A stretch of 64,000 bases of DNA from Alphaproteobacteria bacterium. GTDB lineage: Bacteria; Pseudomonadota; Alphaproteobacteria; UBA828. The stretch is from the NCBI GenBank assembly GCA_965220745.1, contig CBDCQT010000006.1:79730-143729 (forward strand). The letters are read 5' to 3'. Below the pieces are notes generated by a model, which saw only the letters and a list, made by a program, of their open reading frames with translations, did no database searches and had not been told where the DNA came from. Below, piece after piece: positions 57,591-64,000 of the stretch (its first letter is position 1; the number at the start of each line of letters is the position of its first letter). The position numbers and the translations under genes are program-made.

Positions 57591-59021
57591 GTGATGACCA
57601 CGTTCAAACCAGCCTTCGACTTGCAGCAGACGCGCCGGGCGTTTCTCGGCCGCGCCTCGATGGGCCTCGGCTCGGTCGCCCTCGCGTCCCTGCTCAAGCC
57701 CGACCTGCTCGGGATCCAGCCGGGCCTGAGCGGGTTCCCCAACGGCCCGGCCAAGGTCAAGCGCGTGATCTTCCTGTGCATGGCCGGAGGGCCCGCGCAT
57801 CTGGAACTGCTCGACTACAAGCCGGAACTGGCCAAGCGCAGCGGCGAGCCGATGCCGGAGTCGTTCACGAAGGGCCAGCAGATCGCCCAGCTGCAGGGCA
57901 AGGAGCTGCGCATGCTCGGCCCGCAGCATCCCTTCAAGCACTACGGCCGCAGCGGCCAGCACATGACTTCGCTGCTGCCCCACATCGGCAGCATCGCCGA
58001 TGACATCTGCATCGTGCGCTCGATGCAGACCGAGCAGATCAACCACGACACCGCGCACACCTTCATGAACACCGGCTTCCGGCTGCCCGGCCGGCCGAGC
58101 ATGGGGTCGTGGCTGCTGTACGGGCTCGGCAGCGAGTCGGAGGACCTGCCCGGCTTTGTCGTGCTGACCTCGGAGGGCGGATCGCAGAGCCAGCCGATCG
58201 CGGCCCGGCAGTGGAATAGCGGATTCCTGCCGAGCATCTACCAGGGGGTGAAGTTCAACTCGACCGGCGACCCGGTCAACTACGTGCGCAATCCGTCCGG
58301 CGTCAGCCGCGAGATGCAGGGCGGCCTGATCGAAGCGGTGAGCGAGTTGAACGCGGTGCAGCAGGGTTGGACAAGGGATCCTGAGATCGCGACGCGGATC
58401 GCGCAGTACGAGCTGGCCTTCCGCATGCAGATGAGCGTGCCCGACCTGGTCGATTTCTCGAACGAGCCCCAGCACATTCTGGACATGTACGGAACGCAGG
58501 GCGGGGACGGCACGTTCAACGCGAACTGCCTGCTGGCGCGGCGCATGGCCGAGCGCGGGGTGCGCTTCATCCACCTGTACCACCGGGGCTGGGACCACCA
58601 CAACGAGATCAAGACGCTGTTGCCCAAGAGCTGCGGCTATGTCGACCAGGGCACGGCCGCGTTGGTGAAGGACTTGAAGCAGCGGGGCATGTTCGACGAC
58701 ACCCTGATCGTGTGGTGCGGCGAGTTCGGCCGCACGCCGATGTCGCAGGGGGCGAATCCCGACCTGATCGGGCGCGACCACCACATCAAGGGCTTCTCGA
58801 TGTGGATGGCGGGCGGCGGCATCAAGGGCGGCCACAGCTACGGCGCCACGGATGAGTTGGGCTACAACGCGGTGGAGAACGTGGTGCACGTGCATGACCT
58901 GCACGCCACGATGCTGCATCTGTTCGGCATAGACCACACCAAGCTCACGTACCGCTTCCAAGGGCGGAACTTCCGGCTCACCGATGTCCACGGCAGGGTC
59001 GTGAGCGACATCCTCTCCTAG
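57591..59021 (+). CDS. DUF1501 domain protein (sulfatase-like, Tat)
   Basis: TRRAFL, KRVIFLCMAGGP, GWDHH, GEFGRTP, GRDHH, HVHDLHAT; usual partner of PSD1 proteins. Confidence 0.92.
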   Translation: MMTTFKPAFDLQQTRRAFLGRASMGLGSVALASLLKPDLLGIQPGLSGFPNGPAKVKRVIFLCMAGGPAHLELLDYKPELAKRSGEPMPESFTKGQQIAQLQGKELRMLGPQHPFKHYGRSGQHMTSLLPHIGSIADDICIVRSMQTEQINHDTAHTFMNTGFRLPGRPSMGSWLLYGLGSESEDLPGFVVLTSEGGSQSQPIAARQWNSGFLPSIYQGVKFNSTGDPVNYVRNPSGVSREMQGGLIEAVSELNAVQQGWTRDPEIATRIAQYELAFRMQMSVPDLVDFSNEPQHILDMYGTQGGDGTFNANCLLARRMAERGVRFIHLYHRGWDHHNEIKTLLPKSCGYVDQGTAALVKDLKQRGMFDDTLIVWCGEFGRTPMSQGANPDLIGRDHHIKGFSMWMAGGGIKGGHSYGATDELGYNAVENVVHVHDLHATMLHLFGIDHTKLTYRFQGRNFRLTDVHGRVVSDILS

Positions 59022-59323
59022 GCAAGCGGCTTCGCCCGGAGGCAGGGCCGGTTTCCGGATACCGGTCGGCCGGATCCGATTGAATCGCTTTCGCGGGCCC
59101 GCGAGAACCGCCCCGGCCCGCTGCGCAGCCAGGCGCAGGCTTGACCGATGGCATTGAAAGGCAGACCAGCCGCGCGTGTCCGCGCTGTGCCGCCGGCAGC
59201 TTCGCGTTCCCCGGCCTTGAGCCGGAGCGGACACTACAGGCACTTGGATCTGGCACCTCGCGCAACCCGAGAAGCGCTCAGCTCAGTCGAATTCGCCTAT
59301 ATCTCCCAAACCGATGCAGATAA

Positions 59324-59389
59324 CTTGATATGAATACACTCAGATTTTTTTAGCAAAACGCTTGACATGCTCTCTAGGGCGTGTATACT
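59324..59389 (+). promoter_or_regulatory. Heat-shock operon promoter with HAIR-like (HspR) inverted repeat
   Basis: CTTGATA-N7-ACTCAGA (59324-59344) versus HAIR CTTGAGT-N7-ACTCAAG; TTGACA (59362)-N16-TATACT (59384). Confidence 0.5.
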
Positions 59390-59428
59390 GAGCATGAAAG
59401 CGATGCTTTCACTGAGAAAGGAGACAAC

Positions 59429-59827
59429 ATGCACATGCTTCAACACACACCGTTCAACCCTTGGAGGCCCGCCTTCCGTCTGTTGGGCGGGGCCGCGAGT
59501 CCGTCCAGCTGGCTGCCGGCGTTCGACATCGCCGAGACCGACGGCGCAGTCGTTCTGCGCGGCGACCTCCCCGGTATCCCTCAAGAGGACATCGAGGTGC
59601 GCATCGAGGACGACGTCTTGACCGTGCGCGGCGAGCGCAAGCGCGCCGAGAAGGCCGAGGGCGTCGCGCGCAGCGAGCGCGCATTCGGCAGGTTCGAGCG
59701 CACGTTCCGCTTGGCGGACAGCATTGACGCCGACGGCGTCAAGGCGTCCTTCACCAACGGCGTGCTCGAGCTGACCTTGCCCAAGCGCGAGCCTGCGGAC
59801 TCCAGCCGCCTGATCCCGATCAACTGA
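59429..59827 (+). CDS. Small heat shock protein (Hsp20/alpha-crystallin)
   Basis: PAFDIAET, DLPG, LTVRGER, ERAFGRFERTF, NGVLELTLPK; AAGGAG RBS. Confidence 0.93.
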   Translation: MHMLQHTPFNPWRPAFRLLGGAASPSSWLPAFDIAETDGAVVLRGDLPGIPQEDIEVRIEDDVLTVRGERKRAEKAEGVARSERAFGRFERTFRLADSIDADGVKASFTNGVLELTLPKREPADSSRLIPIN

Positions 59828-59926
59828 TCCGCAGCCACAAGGCGGGGCGGGCGCGGGTGCGATCCCCGGCCTGCCCCGCGGCACGAGCCAAGAGCGTCGA
59901 GGCAGGTCCGATAGAGGGTACAAGCC

Positions 59927-62569
59927 ATGATTCCATTCGAGCGGTTCACCCAGAAAGCCCAGGAAGCCGTCCGGCAGACACAGCTGCTTGCCGCAGAGGC
60001 CAATCACCAGAGCTTGCAGCCCGCGCACCTGCTTGCGGCGCTCGCAGCGGAAGAGAACGGCATCGTTCAAGCCGTCTTGGCCAAGCTCGGCATCTCCGCC
60101 GACGACACCGCCGCCAAGCTGCGACCCGTCCTGGATGCGATACCCTCCGTGCGCGGCGTCGCCGGCGGGACGCACCTGGACCAGGCGCTGCAGGCGGTCT
60201 TCGCGCGGGCGGAGAGAGAGGCGCGCCAGTTCAAGGACGACTACGTCTCCACCGAGCATTTGCTGCTGGCCGTCAGCGTTCAGAAGCGCGACCCCGCAGG
60301 CAAGCTGCTGGAGGAACTGGGGGCGACGCACGAGGCCATCCTCCAGGCGCTGGCCTCCATCCGCGGGACCCAGCGGGTCAGCGACCAGAACCCCGAGGAC
60401 AAGTACCAGGCTCTCGAGCGCTACGCCCTCGACCTTACCGAGCAAGCCCGGCAAGGCAAGCTCGACCCGGTGATCGGGCGCGACGAGGAGATCCGCAGGG
60501 TGATCCAAGTGCTCTCGCGCCGCACCAAGAACAATCCCGTCCTCATTGGCGAGCCCGGCGTGGGCAAGACCGCCATCGCGGAAGGCCTCGCCCAGAGGAT
60601 CGTCAATGGCGACGTTCCCGAATCGCTCAAGGACAAGCGCCTGGTGGCACTGGACCTGCCTTCGATGGTGGCCGGCACGAAGTTCCGGGGCGAGTTCGAG
60701 GAGCGCCTCAAGGCCGTGTTGCGGGAGATTGAAGACGCCGACGGCGCCGTTGTGTGCTTTATCGACGAATTGCACACCCTTGTCGGCGCGGGCGCCGTCG
60801 AGGGCTCGATGGATGCCGCCAACATGCTCAAGCCCGCGCTGGCCCGCGGGCAGCTGCGCTGCGTCGGGGCGACCACCCTGAACGAGTACCGCAAGCACGT
60901 CGAGAAGGACGCCGCCCTCGAGCGCCGTTTCCAGACCGTCTTGGTCGACCAGCCGTCGGTCGAGGACACCATCGCCATATTGCGGGGCTTGAAGGAAACC
61001 TACGAGATCCATCACTCGGTGCGGTACCGAGACGCTGCCCTGGTGGCCGCCGCGACGCTCTCGGATCGGTATATCAGCGACCGCTTCCTGCCGGACAAGG
61101 CAATCGACTTGGTCGACGAGGCCGGTGCGACGCTCCGGATGCAGGTCGACTCCGTGCCGGTCGAGGTCGACCGCATGGAGCGCAAGGTGATCCAGCTCGA
61201 GATCGAGCGCCAGGCGCTCCAGAAGGAGGGCGACCAGGCTTCGGCTGAGCGCCTCGCGGCCGTCGAGAGCCAGCTGGAAGGGCTGCGCGCCGAGTCGTCG
61301 CTGCTGCGCCAGCAATGGCAGCACGAGAAAGAGCGGATTAGCGAGGTCAAGCGGCTCAAGGAGGAGATCGAGCGGCTGCGCAACGCGCAGGAGGCCGCGT
61401 CCCGCGAAGGCGACCTCGCCGCCGCATCCGAGATCCGTTACGGCCAGCTGGTCAAGGCGGAACAGGAGCTGGAGAGGGCGACTGCCGAGCTCGAGTCGCA
61501 GCGCGGCGACAGCGCTCTTTCCCGGGGAGAGGTGGTCGAGGAGGATATCGCCCGCATCGTAGCCAAGTGGACGGGCATTCCCGTGGCCAAGATGCTGCAG
61601 GGGGAGGTGGAAAAGCTCGTTCACATGGACGATGCGCTGCGCGCCAAGGTCATCGGGCAAGACAGGGCTGTCGGCTTGGTGTCGAACGCCGTGCGCCGCA
61701 GCCGCGCCGGGTTGAGCGACCCGGATCGCCCGATCGGAACCTTCATCTTCCTGGGCCCGACCGGCGTGGGCAAGACCGAGCTGGCGCGGGCGCTCGCGGA
61801 GTTCCTGTTCGATTCACGCAAGGCAATGGTCCGCGTGGACATGTCGGAGTACATGGAGAAGCACTCCGTTGCCCGCATGATCGGCGCCCCGCCGGGCTAC
61901 GTGGGCCACGACGAGGGGGGCCAGCTGACCGAGCACGTGCGCCGCTCGCCGTACTCGGTCGTCCTGCTCGATGAGATCGAGAAGGCGCACCCGGACGTGT
62001 TCAACGTCTTGCTGCAGGTGTTGGAGGACGGCCGGCTCACCGACGGCAAGGGCCGCACCGTGAGCTTCGCGAACACGGTCATCGTCATGACTTCCAATGT
62101 CGGCTCCCAAGACATCCTCGGCAGCGGATCGATAGGCTTTTCGCTGAGCGACCGGGGCCGTGGGGATCACGACGGCATGCGCCGCAGCCTCCTCGACGAA
62201 CTGGGGCGGAAGTTTCGTCCCGAGTTCCTCAACCGGGTCGACGACATCATCGTTTTCAACAACCTGCGGAAGGGGGATCTCAACGCGATCGTCGAATTGC
62301 AGCTAGCGAGGGTGAAGGCGTTGCTGGCTGACAAGCGCTTGACTCTCGAGGTCAGCCCGGACGCCAAGCAGTTGCTCGTCAGCCAGGGCTATGACCAGCA
62401 GTTCGGCGCCAGGCCGATGAAGCGGGCCATCCAGAGGCTCATCCAGGATCCCCTGGCCTTGGCGGTGCTCGAGGGGCGCTTCGGCGAGGGGGACACCGTG
62501 AGCGTGGAGCGAGACGGTGACTCGATGCGCTTTGCCTTGGTTCCTGCCTTGGAAGCCCTGGCTTCCTGA
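59927..62569 (+). CDS. clpB: ATP-dependent chaperone ClpB
   Basis: Two AAA+ domains ([16 protein letters not shown]), [10 protein letters not shown], long coiled-coil middle domain, [17 protein letters not shown]. Confidence 0.96.
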   Translation: MIPFERFTQKAQEAVRQTQLLAAEANHQSLQPAHLLAALAAEENGIVQAVLAKLGISADDTAAKLRPVLDAIPSVRGVAGGTHLDQALQAVFARAEREARQFKDDYVSTEHLLLAVSVQKRDPAGKLLEELGATHEAILQALASIRGTQRVSDQNPEDKYQALERYALDLTEQARQGKLDPVIGRDEEIRRVIQVLSRRTKNNPVLIGEPGVGKTAIAEGLAQRIVNGDVPESLKDKRLVALDLPSMVAGTKFRGEFEERLKAVLREIEDADGAVVCFIDELHTLVGAGAVEGSMDAANMLKPALARGQLRCVGATTLNEYRKHVEKDAALERRFQTVLVDQPSVEDTIAILRGLKETYEIHHSVRYRDAALVAAATLSDRYISDRFLPDKAIDLVDEAGATLRMQVDSVPVEVDRMERKVIQLEIERQALQKEGDQASAERLAAVESQLEGLRAESSLLRQQWQHEKERISEVKRLKEEIERLRNAQEAASREGDLAAASEIRYGQLVKAEQELERATAELESQRGDSALSRGEVVEEDIARIVAKWTGIPVAKMLQGEVEKLVHMDDALRAKVIGQDRAVGLVSNAVRRSRAGLSDPDRPIGTFIFLGPTGVGKTELARALAEFLFDSRKAMVRVDMSEYMEKHSVARMIGAPPGYVGHDEGGQLTEHVRRSPYSVVLLDEIEKAHPDVFNVLLQVLEDGRLTDGKGRTVSFANTVIVMTSNVGSQDILGSGSIGFSLSDRGRGDHDGMRRSLLDELGRKFRPEFLNRVDDIIVFNNLRKGDLNAIVELQLARVKALLADKRLTLEVSPDAKQLLVSQGYDQQFGARPMKRAIQRLIQDPLALAVLEGRFGEGDTVSVERDGDSMRFALVPALEALAS

Positions 62570-62611
62570 TGCTAGGGACGGCGAGCGCCTGTTCGCTGAT
62601 ACCATGGCGGG

Positions 62612-63781
62612 TTGCGGGATTCGATCTGGAACCGGACCCTTCCGGCGAAGTCCCGCGTTGCGTTGCTGTCGTCGGACCCGCTCCCCGCGACGGCCGATAT
62701 CGCCATCATAGGCGCCGGCCTTGTCGGCCTCTGCACCGCGCTGTCGCTCAGTCGCCGGGGTGTCAGCCGCCTCGTGATAATCGACCGCACCTGCGTGTGC
62801 GGTGAATCGACGGGTTCTAGTGCCGGCGGGCTGTGGCCGGCGCACGAGTGCCTCAGCTTTGCCAGCCCCGAGATCGTCCGGAGAGCGGCGGCCCAGCATG
62901 CCGGGCTGCGCGAGCAGTTTCCGTGCGATTACGTGTCCAGCGGATTGCTGGAGCTGCTGGCCGACGAAGACGCGGCCCGGGCTGCGGAAAGGGCGGACCG
63001 CACTCTTGCGGCAGGGTTCGAGGCCGAGCTGCTGGCCGACGCCGAGCTCGCGGAGCGAGAGCCGAGGCTGCGTCATCGCGGTCCGGCGCTGCACTTCCCC
63101 GGCGACGGTTCGATACACCCCCTGAAGCTCGCCTCCGGGATCGCTGCGTGGTTGCGTCGGCGCGGCGCCTGCATGTGCCTGGGAGAGGAAGTGCGAGACG
63201 TGTCGTCGGACGGTCCCGTCATCACGACCGGCGCGGGCCGGATCAGCGTCGGCAAGGTTGTGTTCGCAGCCGGGGCCTGGACGCCTCTGCTGACACGGAT
63301 GCTAGGCTGGAGCCCGCCGATCCGACCATTGCGAGGAACCCTCATCGCAACGGACGGGCAGCCCGCTGAAACCCTCCGAAACGTAGTCATTGGGCGACAT
63401 TTCTACTATTGGCAACTCGCCAGCGGGCCTCTGGCAGGGGGTGGCTCCGAGGAGGACGTGGGGTTCCGCGAGGGCCTGGACGATGCGGTTGTCGGCGCGA
63501 TCCGGCAGGAGTGGGGCGGATTGTTTCCCTCTCTGCGCGAGGTGAAGTTCACCAGCGCCTGGACTGGTTTTCGGCCGCACTGCGCTGACATGCACCCTGC
63601 CGTAGGCCCCGTGCCCGGCCAAGCGGACATGTTCGTCTCGGCGGGCCACTTCCGCAAGGGCGTTCTGCTGGCGCCGCTCAGCGGAGAGCTGCTCGCGGAC
63701 CAAGTATTGGAAGGCGCCAGCCCGGAGTGGGCTCGGGCGTTTCGGCCGGATCGTTTCCCAGCCGCCGTCGTGAGGCGATAG
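62612..63781 (+). CDS. FAD-dependent oxidoreductase (glycine/D-amino-acid oxidase family)
   Basis: IIGAGLVG, VFAAGAW, WTGFRP, GHFRKGVLLAP. Confidence 0.88.
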   Translation: MRDSIWNRTLPAKSRVALLSSDPLPATADIAIIGAGLVGLCTALSLSRRGVSRLVIIDRTCVCGESTGSSAGGLWPAHECLSFASPEIVRRAAAQHAGLREQFPCDYVSSGLLELLADEDAARAAERADRTLAAGFEAELLADAELAEREPRLRHRGPALHFPGDGSIHPLKLASGIAAWLRRRGACMCLGEEVRDVSSDGPVITTGAGRISVGKVVFAAGAWTPLLTRMLGWSPPIRPLRGTLIATDGQPAETLRNVVIGRHFYYWQLASGPLAGGGSEEDVGFREGLDDAVVGAIRQEWGGLFPSLREVKFTSAWTGFRPHCADMHPAVGPVPGQADMFVSAGHFRKGVLLAPLSGELLADQVLEGASPEWARAFRPDRFPAAVVRR

Positions 63782-63804
63782 CGGTCGCGCAGTGCGCAGC
63801 CGGT

Positions 63805-64000
63805 CTAGCCTGCGGCAGCGAACCGCGCTGCCACGGCGTTCCAATCGATGACGTTGTAGAACGCCGCGATGTAGTCGGGCCTGCGGTTCTGGTAGTTCAG
63901 GTAGTAGGCGTGCTCCCACACATCGATGCCGAGGATGGGCGTGCGGCCATCCATCAGGGGCGTGTCCTGATTGGGCGTCGATTCGACGACCAATCCACCG
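63805..64000 (-). CDS. sodA: Superoxide dismutase (Mn/Fe type), C-terminal part; partial
   Basis: [27 protein letters not shown]. Confidence 0.9.
   Translation of the reverse strand, partial: GGLVVESTPNQDTPLMDGRTPILGIDVWEHAYYLNYQNRRPDYIAAFYNVIDWNAVAARFAAAG

Noticed and set aside
59350-59380. CIRCE element before hsp20
   Set aside because: TTAGCA is present but the GAGTGCTAA arm at 9-nt spacing is not.
1-64000. CRISPR array, rRNA or complete tRNA
   Set aside because: No regularly spaced repeat-spacer series and no full cloverleaf or rRNA recognised by eye.

Overview
GC-rich bacterial window. It is most consistent with an Acidobacteriota (Bryobacterales-like) genome, probably a marine sponge symbiont; this is an inference from the Oar-type TonB-dependent receptors, a TIGR03437-domain protein, a PSD1/DUF1501 pair and a Sup-like PKS end. 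The left half (1-31 kb) is accessory and mobile-rich. It holds the end of a type I PKS plus an alpha/beta hydrolase, stacked IS remnants, a tRNA 3' fragment, a complete group II intron (5873-7789) that splits an MscS-family gene exactly in frame, a 1753-aa exonuclease-RecQ-UvrD fusion, a ThDP enzyme, three tandem CTAG-delimited Uma2 nuclease units, a sulfatase/TBDR pair, and an intact IS with 18-bp TIRs and a CTAG duplication. The right half is mostly ordinary: TetR-RND efflux operon, rsmI, gatCA, DUF721, an IS1595-type MITE, SDR, a large NHL/TIGR03437 protein with nested insert domains, TBDR, sulfatase, PSD1 cytochrome/DUF1501, hsp20-clpB, FAD oxidoreductase and a partial sodA. Best novelty candidates: the cassette-like Uma2 array, the nested sheath-like modules in the TIGR03437 protein, the intron-split MscS, the dual-motor helicase, and a family of small TM/coiled-coil paralogs next to IS1595-like ends. 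All family assignments come from motif recognition by eye, not database searches.
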